Source of the DNA: Spirochaetia bacterium
Lineage (GTDB): Bacteria; Spirochaetota; Spirochaetia; SZUA-6; Bin103
Reading direction: 5' to 3'
Length of the DNA stretch: 64,000 bases
Assembly (NCBI GenBank): GCA_965198005.1
Contig: CBDAOI010000004.1
Location: forward strand, 480,001 to 544,000
The translations under genes and the position numbers were made by a program. Of the stretch, positions 1-13,780 are shown one piece after another. Each line of letters starts with the position of its first letter. Position 1 is the stretch's first letter. The notes beneath the pieces are model-generated. The model was not told the DNA's origin. It searched no databases and was given only the letters and a program-made list of their open reading frames with translations.

Positions 1-664
1 GCGGCAGCGGGCGCTCGCCGGCCGGCCAGTGGGCGAAGATCGGACGCCAGTACCAGTACAGCGAGGCCACCGATACCGCCACCAGCACGCCCAGCGTAAC
101 CGCGAACGTCCCCCGTAACGCGTCCCCCGGAAGGCCCAGGTACGGCGCCGCCGCGGCCAGCGCCAGCAGTACGCTCACCCCCGCGTACTGCAGTACGGTC
201 TTGATCTTGCCGGCCAGGCGCGCGCCATGGTCGAGGGCCAGCCGCTGCGCCATGGGCCGCACGACCAAGTACATCGTCCCCTCGCGCGCCAGGAACAGGG
301 CGTACAGCCAGACCGGCAGCGCGCCGATCCGCAGCAGCGCACTATATATGGAAAGAAAGAAGAAGAAGTCGGTGAACGCGTCGATCCAGCGGCCGAACCA
401 GGCCGCGAAGCGGGTCGCCTCCGGGGGTGCATGGCGAGCCAGCACGCCGTCCAGGTAGTCGGTGAGCCCCGCCGCGAGGGTCAGCGCCAGTGCGACCGCG
501 GCGCCCGTAGCGAGCAGGAGCGCACCGCCTGCGGCTCCGGCCCCGGCTCCGCCCGCGGCCGTCCCGCTGCCCGTGACGACCAGGTAGGCCGCCACCCCGA
601 GGGCGATCCGCGACAGCGACAGCACGTTCGCCCACGGCCGCAGCGCGGCGCTACCGTGCCTCAC
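1..664 (-). CDS. CDP-alcohol phosphatidyltransferase family protein (PgsA-like); 3' end runs off the window
   Basis: Manual minus-strand translation gives ANVLSLSRI...TDYLDGVLARH...GRWIDAFTDF...FLAREG...GKIKTVLQ, the DxxDGxxAR..G...D..xD signature. Start is GTG 664 or ATG 766. Confidence 0.85.
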   Translation of the reverse strand, partial: MRHGSAALRPWANVLSLSRIALGVAAYLVVTGSGTAAGGAGAGAAGGALLLATGAAVALALTLAAGLTDYLDGVLARHAPPEATRFAAWFGRWIDAFTDFFFFLSIYSALLRIGALPVWLYALFLAREGTMYLVVRPMAQRLALDHGARLAGKIKTVLQYAGVSVLLALAAAAPYLGLPGDALRGTFAVTLGVLVAVSVASLYWYWRPIFAHWPAGERPLP

Positions 665-821
665 CGTCCCCACCGTTCCCCATCCCGCCTCGCCATCGTA
701 CCTCGCTCCGCGGGTCTGCCTCACCGTGCCTCGCCCGCACCTCACCGCGCCCCGGCGCGCCTGCATCAACCATACCCGGCAACGATACCAAAAGAAATCT
801 CAGAAAACCGCCCGTATGCGG

Positions 822-850
822 TTGACCGACCCCTCCAGGTAGCATATATT
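822..850 (+). promoter_or_regulatory. sigma70-type promoter of the rRNA operon
   Basis: TTGACC(822-827)-N17-TATATT(845-850), about 360 nt upstream of the 16S gene. Confidence 0.7.
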
Positions 851-976
851 TGCTGGCGCTGGTCAGGGTAATGGCCCTGTCCGGGTGGTAAGGCGGGCCC
901 ACAGCGTGGCGCTTTCGCCTTACCCCAAGCGCACGAACGGCAGTGAGGCTCCCTCCGGGGGGCGCGCCCGTTCGTT

Positions 977-988
977 GGTCTTTGGAAA
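977..988 (+). promoter_or_regulatory. boxA-like antitermination site in the rrn leader
   Basis: GGTCTTTGGAAA; a similar GGTCTTTGACAG lies in the ITS at 3079-3090, the usual second position. Confidence 0.5.
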
Positions 989-1208
989 AAGCGACCGCAG
1001 ACGTGTCCGCCGGACGTGGTGGGTACCATGCGCCGGGGGTGTCTGAGGTCGCGCTAGAGAAGGGGAGAGCCTAAAGTTGTGATCGGGTACCGGCGGCGCG
1101 GTACGACGGCGCAAGTCGTCGCCATCCGGGCGCGCCGGCCTTGTCAAAATTGTCAAGGATGAACTTCTGAAGAAGTGAGCGTTGCTCTTCGGAGTGACGC
1201 TTAACCAT

Positions 1209-2752
<1,544 letters not shown>

Positions 2753-2917
2753 TAACGAGACCCGCAGGTGCCCTTAGGGGAGCCTGCGAACCAAACCGGT
2801 CGTGCTTTGCGCGACCGTCGAGTGTTACTCGAAATGCTCGATCCCGGCTTGGACTCTCCCCCTCTCTTTTCGCGCTGTCCATGGCAGCGATGAGGGACCC
2901 CTTGCGAAACTCGCATG

Positions 2918-2991
2918 GGGGGTATAGCTCAGTTGGCTAGAGCGATGGCTTTGCAAGCCATAGGTCTGGGGTTCGAATCCCCATGCCTCCA
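2918..2991 (+). tRNA. tRNA-Ala (TGC) in the 16S-23S spacer; CCA not encoded
   Basis: Acceptor stem GGGGGTA/TGCCTCC with G3:U70, anticodon arm ATGGC-TTTGCAA-GCCAT, T-loop GTTCGAATC. Confidence 0.97.
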
Positions 2992-3078
2992 CATTCGGAA
3001 CTAGATTCCGCGTGACCATCGTCATGGTGCGCGGATGGGTAGTCGCCGTGCGGGCTGGTCCCGTGTGGCGGCGTAATG

Positions 3079-3090
3079 GGTCTTTGACAG
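3079..3090 (+). promoter_or_regulatory. boxA-like site in the ITS
   Basis: GGTCTTTGACAG downstream of tRNA-Ala, matching the leader motif. Confidence 0.5.
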
Positions 3091-3261
3091 CCTCGGGCCA
3101 CGCAGCGGACGTGGCGCGACAGAGAAGGGAACACGAGAGAAGAGTAAGGTGGCCGGAGAGCGGTACGCCGAGCGGTAATCCTACGGCTCGGTGCTCACAA
3201 CTCGAAGGTCACGACCGAGGTTTGACCGAGCGCAAAGAGCAAAGAAGAAATGGAGTAATAT

Positions 3262-6293
<3,032 letters not shown>

Positions 6294-6454
6294 ATATTAC
6301 TCCGCACTTTCGGCGAATGGCCGAGAGTGCAAACAACTCAATCAATTGTAGGTGCGCTCCGCGCGCAGCTTTTCTTGGCCGTCCCGGCGCATGCCGGAAC
6401 GGCGGCGGTCGGCCCCCCGGGCCGGCGCCTGTTCCCTTATCTCCGCAAGATTTA

Positions 6455-6573
6455 TGTCTGGTGACCACAGCGGAGGGGCCCCACCCGTTCCCATTCCGAA
6501 CACGGCAGTTAAGCCCTCCTGCGCCGATGGTACTGCCCCGTGGTGGGGTGGGAGAGTAGGTCGTTGCCAGGCA
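6455..6573 (+). rRNA. rrf: 5S ribosomal RNA
   Basis: CCCATTCCGAACACGGCAGTTAAG...GCCGATGGTACT...GGGAGAGTAGG with terminal helix TGTCTGGTGAC/GTTGCCAGGCA. Confidence 0.98.
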
Positions 6574-6650
6574 TTTTTTTGTCGATGGCGCCCAGCCCCC
6601 ATTCCCCGGTTGACGTTGGGTTCCGGGCGGTAGTACACATTCGCGCAATC

Positions 6651-7727
6651 GTGACCGAACAACAAGCGGACTTCTCGGGCCTCGGGCAGCCGGTGGTCGA
6701 CTGCGACCTGCACAACACGGTTCCCAGCCTGCGGGCGCTGTATCCCTATCTGGAGGAGCACTGGGTCGCGTACTGCTCCGAGTCCGGCTTTGACGGTCCC
6801 GGCTCCAATGACTATCCCGGCGGAGCGACCAGCTCGGCCATCCCCGGCTCGAAACCGGATTCCGGCCCGCCCGGTTCCAATCTGGAATTGCTGCAGGCGC
6901 AGGTGCTGGACCCGTGGCAAGTGGAGGTGGGCATCCTCACCTGCAGCTACCAGGTACAGAGCCTGCACAACGAGGACTTGGCCGCGGCGTTGGCGACCGC
7001 GATCAACCAGTGGCAGATCGACGAATGGCTGGAGCGGGATCCGCGGCTGCGGGCGTCGCTGGTCGTGCCGAGCCAGCATCCGGCCCGCGCCGCCGAGGAG
7101 ATCGAGCGGTTCGGCGATCATCCGGGGTTCGTGCAGGTGATCGTGCCGGTGCGCTCCTACCTCCTGTATGGACGCCAGATCAGTGACCCGTTGCTGCAGG
7201 CTGCCACGCGCCACGACCTGCCGCTGGCGATCCACGCCGGCGGCGCCCCGGGCATCCCCCCGTCGGGGGCCGGCTGGCCATCCACCCACGTCGAGCAGTA
7301 CTCGCTGATGGCGCAGGTATTCCAGTCGCAGCTCGCAAGCTTGGTGATGGACGGCGCCTTTGCCCGCTTCCCGGACCTGCGCGTGGTCCTGGTCGAGAGC
7401 GGGTTCAACTGGCTGCCGGCCTGGATGTGGCGGCTCGACAAGGAGTGGAAAGGACTGCGGCGCGAGACGCCGTGGGTGAAGCGCCGCCCGTCGGACTACA
7501 TGCGCGACCACGTCCGGCTTACTCTGCAACCGCTGGACGCGCCGGCGGATCCCCGCCAGCTACTTGACGTAATCGGTCAGTTGGAGTCGGATGAGATGCT
7601 GATGTTCTCGACCGACTACCCGCATCGCCATTTCGACCGGCCCGAGGACGCCGTGCCGCGCGGGCTGTCGAGCGGACAGGAGAGCAGGATACTGCGCGAC
7701 AACGCGCGCGCGTTCTACCATCTTTAG
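6651..7727 (+). CDS. Amidohydrolase_2-fold protein, probable non-catalytic partner subunit
   Basis: DCDLH, HAGG, ESG and STDYPHRH motifs. Start moved to GTG 6651 because the track ORF overlaps the 5S gene. Confidence 0.85.
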   Translation: MTEQQADFSGLGQPVVDCDLHNTVPSLRALYPYLEEHWVAYCSESGFDGPGSNDYPGGATSSAIPGSKPDSGPPGSNLELLQAQVLDPWQVEVGILTCSYQVQSLHNEDLAAALATAINQWQIDEWLERDPRLRASLVVPSQHPARAAEEIERFGDHPGFVQVIVPVRSYLLYGRQISDPLLQAATRHDLPLAIHAGGAPGIPPSGAGWPSTHVEQYSLMAQVFQSQLASLVMDGAFARFPDLRVVLVESGFNWLPAWMWRLDKEWKGLRRETPWVKRRPSDYMRDHVRLTLQPLDAPADPRQLLDVIGQLESDEMLMFSTDYPHRHFDRPEDAVPRGLSSGQESRILRDNARAFYHL

Positions 7728-7748
7728 AGTATTTGCAGGAGAATCAGG

Positions 7749-8852
7749 ATGACGACCGCTACCCTTACCCGACCCGATGCCGAGGTCCGGCAACGCCGGA
7801 AGCTGGCGCTAATCGACTGCGACGTGCACAACTCGTGGCGGACGCCCAAGGATATCCTCCCGTACCTGCCGCGCAAGTGGCACGCCATGTACCAGGAGTG
7901 CGGGATGTTTACCCGCGCGGGGCTGGCCACGCCCCGCGCGGTGCCGTACGCGGCGCGCAAGGACTCCTGGGTCGGGGGCGGACTCCCCGGCTCCGACCTG
8001 GACGTGATGCGACGGCAGCTCCTTGACGAGTACGAGATCGAATTCGCTGTTCTGAACTGTCTCAACGCCGCCTACGGTAACCAGAATCTGGAGTTGATCG
8101 ACGCCGTGGGCAGCGCGCTCAACGACTGGCAGATAGCCGAGTGGCTGGAACCGGAACCGCGGCTGCGCGCGTCGCTGCTGATTCCCTGGGAGGATGCGGA
8201 CCTGTCGGTGGCCGAGATCGAACGGCTCGGAGATCATCCCGGCTACGTGCAGGTGATGATGGTGCCGCGCACGCTCGAACCGCTCGGCCGCCGCCGCTAC
8301 TGGAAGATCTACGCCGCGGCGCAGGAGTACCAGCTCCCGATCGGGCTCCACTTCGGGGGCCTGGGAGTCGGCCCGCTCACCGGCGGCGGCCAACCCTCGC
8401 ACTACATCGAGGACCACGCCGGCATGGCGCAGGCGTTTCAGGCCGCGGTGACCAGTCTGGTGTACGAGGGGGTGTTCGAGCGGTTCCCGGACCTCAAGGT
8501 GGCGCTGGTCGAGGGCGGCTTTGCCTGGCTGCCGCCGCTCATGTGGCGCCTCGACGCCTGCTACCGCCGGATGAGGGTGGAGTTGCCCCATCTGCGGCGG
8601 CTGCCTTCCGAGCAGATCCGCGAGCACGTCTATCTCAGCACGCAACCGATGGAGGAGCCGCCCCGTCCGGAGTATCTGGAACAGCTCCTCGAGCATATGG
8701 ATATGGACGGCAACATCATGTTCGCCACCGACTACCCGCACTGGGACTTCGACTCCCCCCGGCGGGCGATTCCGACCTCGCTCGACCCGGTGCTGCGCCG
8801 CAAGATCCTGGCCGACAACGCCCGCGCCCTGTATCGGTTGGGCGACTCGTAG
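7749..8852 (+). CDS. Amidohydrolase_2-fold protein, probable catalytic dinuclear-metal subunit
   Basis: DCDVH, LHFGG, IEDH, EGG and ATDYPHWD motifs; SD AGGAG upstream. Confidence 0.88.
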   Translation: MTTATLTRPDAEVRQRRKLALIDCDVHNSWRTPKDILPYLPRKWHAMYQECGMFTRAGLATPRAVPYAARKDSWVGGGLPGSDLDVMRRQLLDEYEIEFAVLNCLNAAYGNQNLELIDAVGSALNDWQIAEWLEPEPRLRASLLIPWEDADLSVAEIERLGDHPGYVQVMMVPRTLEPLGRRRYWKIYAAAQEYQLPIGLHFGGLGVGPLTGGGQPSHYIEDHAGMAQAFQAAVTSLVYEGVFERFPDLKVALVEGGFAWLPPLMWRLDACYRRMRVELPHLRRLPSEQIREHVYLSTQPMEEPPRPEYLEQLLEHMDMDGNIMFATDYPHWDFDSPRRAIPTSLDPVLRRKILADNARALYRLGDS

Positions 8853-8859
8853 GCGGGCG

Positions 8860-9315
8860 GTGGCCAGGCACGTAGTCGCCGCGGTCACGGAGATTCCGCC
8901 CGGCGAGCGCAAGCTGGTCGAGCTGGAAGGGCGCTCGGTGGGCGTGTTCAACGTCGTCGGCCAATTCTTCGCCCTGCGCAACCGCTGCCCGCATCAGGGC
9001 GGACCGCTGTGCGCAGGCGAGTTGACCGGCTTCACCGCGGCCGCGGCGCCGCGCGCCTACCGCTACGAACGCAAGGGCGAGATCCTGCGCTGCCCGTGGC
9101 ACAACTGGGAGTTCGACGTGAAGACCGGGCAGTCGTGGGTGGATCCGGCCAGGCTCAGGGTGCGCGCATACCCCGCACAGGTGGCACGTGGCGCGGACCT
9201 GCCGGCTGCCGGAGCGGCGGCGGGCGCGGTGGGCGGCCGGGAACAAGGTCCGTACACGGCCGAGACCTACCCTGCAACCGTGGAACAGGACTACGTGGTC
9301 GTGGATCTGGGGTAG
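8860..9315 (+). CDS. Rieske [2Fe-2S] ferredoxin
   Basis: CPH...CPWH Rieske ligands. Confidence 0.92.
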   Translation: MARHVVAAVTEIPPGERKLVELEGRSVGVFNVVGQFFALRNRCPHQGGPLCAGELTGFTAAAAPRAYRYERKGEILRCPWHNWEFDVKTGQSWVDPARLRVRAYPAQVARGADLPAAGAAAGAVGGREQGPYTAETYPATVEQDYVVVDLG

Positions 9316-9351
9316 GCTTGGTGTAGGTCGACGTTGAGGGAGGATAATGCG

Positions 9352-9867
9352 ATGACCATCGGTGAGAGTTTGCTGCCGGAGTTCGATCACGAAGCGGCCG
9401 GCGTGCGGAGGACGCTGGAACGGGTGCCGGGGGACCGGTTCGACTGGAAACCGCATCCCAGGTCGGGCTCGATGGTCTGGCTGGCGGCGCACCTCGCCAA
9501 CCTGCCCTCGTGGGCGGTGCTGACCATCAACCAGGATGCGCTCGACTTGGCGCCCGGCGGCAAGCCGCTCGATCCGGCGCCGCGGCCCGCCACCGTCGCC
9601 GAGCTGGTGGCGACGTTCGACCGCAACGCCGCCGCGGCGCGCGCGGCCATCGCCGGCGCCGGCGACGCCGACCTGCTGGCACTCTGGTCGTTGCTGCAGA
9701 CCGGGGTGACCGTGATGACCATGCCGAGGGTGGCGGTGCTGCGCAGCTTCGTCTTCAATCATCTCATTCATCACCGCGCCCAGCTCGGCGTCTATCTGCG
9801 GCTCAACGACATCCCCGTGCCGTCCCTCTACGGACCGTCGGCCGACGAGAGCCCGAGCCTGCCGTAG
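9352..9867 (+). CDS. DinB/YfiT family protein (S-transferase-like)
   Basis: WKPHPRS, LAAHLA and NHLIHHRAQLGVYLRL motifs; SD GGAGG. Confidence 0.88.
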   Translation: MTIGESLLPEFDHEAAGVRRTLERVPGDRFDWKPHPRSGSMVWLAAHLANLPSWAVLTINQDALDLAPGGKPLDPAPRPATVAELVATFDRNAAAARAAIAGAGDADLLALWSLLQTGVTVMTMPRVAVLRSFVFNHLIHHRAQLGVYLRLNDIPVPSLYGPSADESPSLP

Positions 9868-9882
9868 CCGAGCCGCCGCCCG

Positions 9883-10746
9883 ATGGAGGTCTCGGTCACC
9901 GAGGTGCGCAACATTCTCACGCGCACCGGCGGCTTTCTGCGGCGGGTAACCTCCCACTCGGTGCAGCCGTATCGCGGCTGCGCGTTCGGCAACGCGCTGT
10001 GTGGGGTGGGATGCTACGTCCGGCACCACGGGTTGGTGACGCGGCAGCGCCCGTGGGGGACGTTCCTTGAGGTGCGGCGGAACGCGGCGGCCTCCTACCT
10101 CGCGCAGGTGGAGCGGGAGCGGCGCTGGGCGCGCGGCGCGCGCGGCTGCTTCGGGATCTTCATGTCCAGCGTCACCGAGCCGTTTCTGCCCCAGGAGGCG
10201 CGGTACCGCGTCAGCCGCGAGCTGCTCGGCGCCATGCTCGAGGCCCCGCCGGACCTGCTGATTCTGCAGACCCACTCGCACCGGGTGACCGAATACCTCG
10301 ATCTTTACCGTGAGCTGCGGCGGCGCTGCCGGCTGCGGGTGCACGTCTCGATCGAGACCGACCTCGAGGACTTCCCGGGCCTGCCGCCCCACGCCTGCTC
10401 GGTCGAGCGCCGCTTTCAGGCCGCAGCGGCGCTCAAGCACGCCGGCATCCACACCGTGATCACGGTGGCGCCACTGCTGCCGATCGGCGCGCCGGAGGAG
10501 TTCTTCGCCCGCGTCGCCGCCTGCGCCGACGCCGTGGTGATCGACCATTTCATCCAGGGCGACGGCAGCGCCGACGGCAGCCGCACGCGCCGCACGGCGC
10601 TACCGCGCGCGATGGCGGCCGTGAATCCCGAGTCGGTGCGCCTCGCCTACCGCGAGCGCATGCTGGAGATCGCCGGCCGGCACCTGCCGGGCCGGGTCGG
10701 GCTCAACGTCGACGGCTTCGCCGGCCGCTACGCGGCCCTGCGGTAG
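9883..10746 (+). CDS. Radical SAM protein, spore-photoproduct-lyase-like/Rv2578c-like clade
   Basis: QPYRGCAFGNALCGVGCY, FMSSVTEPF, SIET and TVAPLLP motifs. Confidence 0.8.
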   Translation: MEVSVTEVRNILTRTGGFLRRVTSHSVQPYRGCAFGNALCGVGCYVRHHGLVTRQRPWGTFLEVRRNAAASYLAQVERERRWARGARGCFGIFMSSVTEPFLPQEARYRVSRELLGAMLEAPPDLLILQTHSHRVTEYLDLYRELRRRCRLRVHVSIETDLEDFPGLPPHACSVERRFQAAAALKHAGIHTVITVAPLLPIGAPEEFFARVAACADAVVIDHFIQGDGSADGSRTRRTALPRAMAAVNPESVRLAYRERMLEIAGRHLPGRVGLNVDGFAGRYAALR

Positions 10747-10765
10747 GCTGGCGTCGAAACGGGCC

Positions 10766-11674
10766 GTGAGCGCACCGCGGCGCATCCTCAGCACGGCGGC
10801 GAGCACCAATCAGGGGCCGTTCACCGCTGCCGACTGGGCCTTGTTCTGCGCCATCTCGCTGATCTGGGGCGCCTCGTTCCTGTTCATCGACGTCGGCCTG
10901 GAGGCGTTCCGGCCCGGCCTGATCACGTTCCTGCGGGCGGCCAGCGGCGCCGCGCTGCTGTGGCTGATCCCGGCCGCGCGGCGGCGGCCGCTGCAGCCCG
11001 CCGACCGGCCGCGCGTGGTGGTGCTGTCGTTGATCTGGGTGGCGGTGCCGTTCACTCTGTTTCCGCTGGCGCAGCAGTGGGTCAATTCGGCGCTCACGGG
11101 CATGCTCAACGGTGCGATGCCGATGTTCGCGGTGCTGATCGCGACCGCGCTGCTGCAGCGCCTGCCGCGGCCGGTGCAACTGGCCGGCTTGCTGATGGGC
11201 TTGCTTGGCGTCGTCGCCATCGCGCGCTCGTCGGCGGCGGCCGGAGGCAGCAGCGCCCTGGGCGTGGCGCTGATTCTCGGCGCCACCCTGTGTTACGGCG
11301 CCGCCGTGAACCTCGCCGTTCCACTGCAGCAGCGCTACGGCTCGCTGCCGGTGATGGCGCGCGTGCTCGGACTGGCAGCGTTGTGGACGGCGCCCTACGG
11401 CCTGATCGGACTGGCGCGCTCCGGTTTCGGTTGGCCGTCACTGCTCGCGGTGCTGGCCGCCGGCTTCCTGGGTACCGGCGCGGCCTACTGGATCATGGGC
11501 ACCCTGGTCGGCAGGGTCGGCTCGGTGCGCGCCTCGTTCATCACCTACCTGATCCCGGTGGTGGCGCTGCTGCTGGGCGTGCTGCTGCGCGGCGACCGGG
11601 TCGGCGAGCTGGCCGTCGCCGGCGTGGCCCTGGCCACCACCGGCGCCCTGCTGGCCTCCCGCCGCGACCGCTGA
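10766..11674 (+). CDS. DMT/EamA family transporter
   Basis: About 10 hydrophobic helices; IWGASF and YLIPVVA motifs. Confidence 0.9.
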   Translation: MSAPRRILSTAASTNQGPFTAADWALFCAISLIWGASFLFIDVGLEAFRPGLITFLRAASGAALLWLIPAARRRPLQPADRPRVVVLSLIWVAVPFTLFPLAQQWVNSALTGMLNGAMPMFAVLIATALLQRLPRPVQLAGLLMGLLGVVAIARSSAAAGGSSALGVALILGATLCYGAAVNLAVPLQQRYGSLPVMARVLGLAALWTAPYGLIGLARSGFGWPSLLAVLAAGFLGTGAAYWIMGTLVGRVGSVRASFITYLIPVVALLLGVLLRGDRVGELAVAGVALATTGALLASRRDR

Positions 11675-11702
11675 CGGAACGGAGTACGCCACGGAGGCGC
11701 GG

Positions 11703-12389
11703 TCAGCGGCGGCCGAGGGCGAAGGGGCTGAAGCGGGTGTCGCGGTCGTAGTGGTCGGCGTGCTCGGTGCGTTTGAGGAAGCGGACCGCGAGGTAGGTGA
11801 GGGGCGTGGCCGCCGCCTCGTAAAGCACCTTCACCGCCCACTGCGACAGCACGGCGGTGAGCATCACGTCGCCGGGAATCACTCCCGCGAAGGCGACGGT
11901 AACGAACACCGCCGAATCGAGCCCCTGGCCGAATATGGTAGAAGTGATGGTGCGCAGCCACAGGTGGCGGCCGGCGGTGCTGAGTTTGAGCTTGGCCAGT
12001 ACGAACGCGTTGAGGAACTCGCCGCCCAGGTAGGCCAGGAACGACGCCGCCAGCAGCCGTGCGGAGAATCCCAGGATCGCGTCGTACGCCGCCTGTCCGT
12101 CCCAGAAGGGCGCGGCCGGGATCAGCCCGCCGAGCGCGATGGCGGCCACCGCCAGCAGGTTGCACAGGAAGCCGATCCAGATCACCCGGCGCGCGGTGGC
12201 GTAGCCGTACACCTCGGTCAGTACGTCGGCGACGATGTAGGACAGGGGAAACAGGATCACCGCCGCCGGCAGCACCAGCGGCCCGGCCGTGACCAGCTTC
12301 ACCGCGATGATGTTCGACACGATCAGCGCGGTCACGAACAGCCCGGTGACCAGCGGCAGCCAGCGGGTCCCGGGCGGCGCGCCGCTCAC
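11703..12389 (-). CDS. yhhQ: Queuosine precursor transporter (Vut_1/DUF165)
   Basis: SNIIAVK, FPLSYIVADVLTEVYG and STIFGQGLDS motifs; GTGA overlap with the queF stop. Confidence 0.9.
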   Translation of the reverse strand: MSGAPPGTRWLPLVTGLFVTALIVSNIIAVKLVTAGPLVLPAAVILFPLSYIVADVLTEVYGYATARRVIWIGFLCNLLAVAAIALGGLIPAAPFWDGQAAYDAILGFSARLLAASFLAYLGGEFLNAFVLAKLKLSTAGRHLWLRTITSTIFGQGLDSAVFVTVAFAGVIPGDVMLTAVLSQWAVKVLYEAAATPLTYLAVRFLKRTEHADHYDRDTRFSPFALGRR

Positions 12390-12805
12390 CGCCACTGGTC
12401 CCGCGCCGCCGCGGTGCGCGTGTGCTCGGCCTCCACGGTGATCGCCACCCCGCCGCGGGCGTTGAACACGCCGCTCACCTCGCACCAGTGCGGGGCGCAG
12501 GCCGCCACCAGGTCGTCCAGGATCCGGTTCACCAGGTGCTCGTGGAACACTCCCTCGTCCCGGTACGACCACAGGTACAGCTTGAACGACTTCGATTCCA
12601 CCACGCGCGCGTCGGGGACGTAGCGGACCCGGATCTCGGCGAAGTCCGGCTGTCCGGTGAGCGGGCACACGCAGGTGAACTCGGCCGACCCGATCCGCAC
12701 CAGGTAGTACCGGTCGCGCGCGCGGTTGGGGAACGTCTCCAGCCGCTTGGACGGCGCCGCCCGCGCACCGAGAATGGTCAGCCCCTGAGTTTCAGCCTCA
12801 GCCAC
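12386..12805 (-). CDS. queF: NADPH-dependent preQ0 reductase QueF (type I)
   Basis: EFTCVCPLTGQPDF, ESKSFKLYL, HE and RGG motifs. GTG 12805 is preferred because TCGACA-N18-TATGGT ends 7 nt upstream. Confidence 0.93.
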   Translation of the reverse strand: MAEAETQGLTILGARAAPSKRLETFPNRARDRYYLVRIGSAEFTCVCPLTGQPDFAEIRVRYVPDARVVESKSFKLYLWSYRDEGVFHEHLVNRILDDLVAACAPHWCEVSGVFNARGGVAITVEAEHTRTAAARDQWR

Positions 12806-12955
12806 GGGCATCACCATAGGCCGGCGGCCCAGTGCGTGTCGACCGAATCACCGGTCAGGCAGTGCCACGCCTGCGCGGCGCCAGCGTGCGGTAAGCGACT
12901 CCACGCCGCCCAAGCCGCGCGCGGCCGCCTGTTGCCCGGCGCGCGGCCAGTGCGT

Positions 12956-13765
12956 ATGATCGGGCCAACGGCGGTGCAGGAACCGCCGGATGTTTTGGCA
13001 CTTCCGCAAGCGGCGACGTTCTCCGAAGGCGACCTCGACTACATCATGAACTCGCTGGCTACCGCGGCTGGCGAGCGCGTCAGGCTGGCGCGCGCCATTC
13101 GCGAAGATCGCGAGATCCGCGCCGCCGTGCTCGCCGACGACCGCCTGATTCGTGCCCTGCTGGCGCATGACGAGGCATTCGCCAATGTGTCCAGCCATCT
13201 GTTCTTTACGGTGCTGGTGCTGCGCGCGCGCCGTGATCTGCAGGCACGGGGCTATACCCTGGAGCGCGAAGGCGACTTTACCATGCCGGTGTTCGACAGC
13301 GACGCGGTGTGCGCATTCCTGGGATCTGAGCGGATCCGCAACTACCTGGTCGGCGTGCTCGGGACGTTCGTGAAGACCGGTCAACGCTGGGTGCTGGTGC
13401 GCCGGCGCGACGGCCGGCTGCGGCGCCTGCGGGTGAACGACCTCGACCTGGGCGGCCTGATCCGCTACTGCGGGGCGCTGCAGGAGGAGCACCGGTTCGA
13501 GCTGTACCGCCATATCGGCGACCTGTGCCTGTTCGCGTCCGGCGTGTTTGCGGCGAAGCGGATCTGGGGCCACAGCGCCGCCACCTGGGTGGAGCAGGGG
13601 ATTGTCTACTACGGCCGCGCGGCCGGTCATCGCTACGCGGGCGAGGGCGGCCTGGGGGAGACGCTGGGCGCGTTCGCGGACAACTTCGGCCTGGCGGTAA
13701 AGCCGTTGCGCCTGATCGCCGAGCGCTACCTCGGTCCGCTGAAAGACGCCGTGTTCGGCGGCTGA
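12956..13765 (+). CDS. Conserved hypothetical protein
   Basis: Globular, natural-looking sequence (SSHLFFTVLV, YRHIGDLCLFASGVF). Start uncertain (12956, 12974 or 12995). Confidence 0.7.
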   Translation: MIGPTAVQEPPDVLALPQAATFSEGDLDYIMNSLATAAGERVRLARAIREDREIRAAVLADDRLIRALLAHDEAFANVSSHLFFTVLVLRARRDLQARGYTLEREGDFTMPVFDSDAVCAFLGSERIRNYLVGVLGTFVKTGQRWVLVRRRDGRLRRLRVNDLDLGGLIRYCGALQEEHRFELYRHIGDLCLFASGVFAAKRIWGHSAATWVEQGIVYYGRAAGHRYAGEGGLGETLGAFADNFGLAVKPLRLIAERYLGPLKDAVFGG

Positions 13766-13780
13766 TTCCCGGAACCGTCG

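Noticed and set aside
12806-12950. preQ1 riboswitch upstream of queF
   Set aside because: No aptamer hairpin with an A-rich tail; the promoter sits directly at the start codon.
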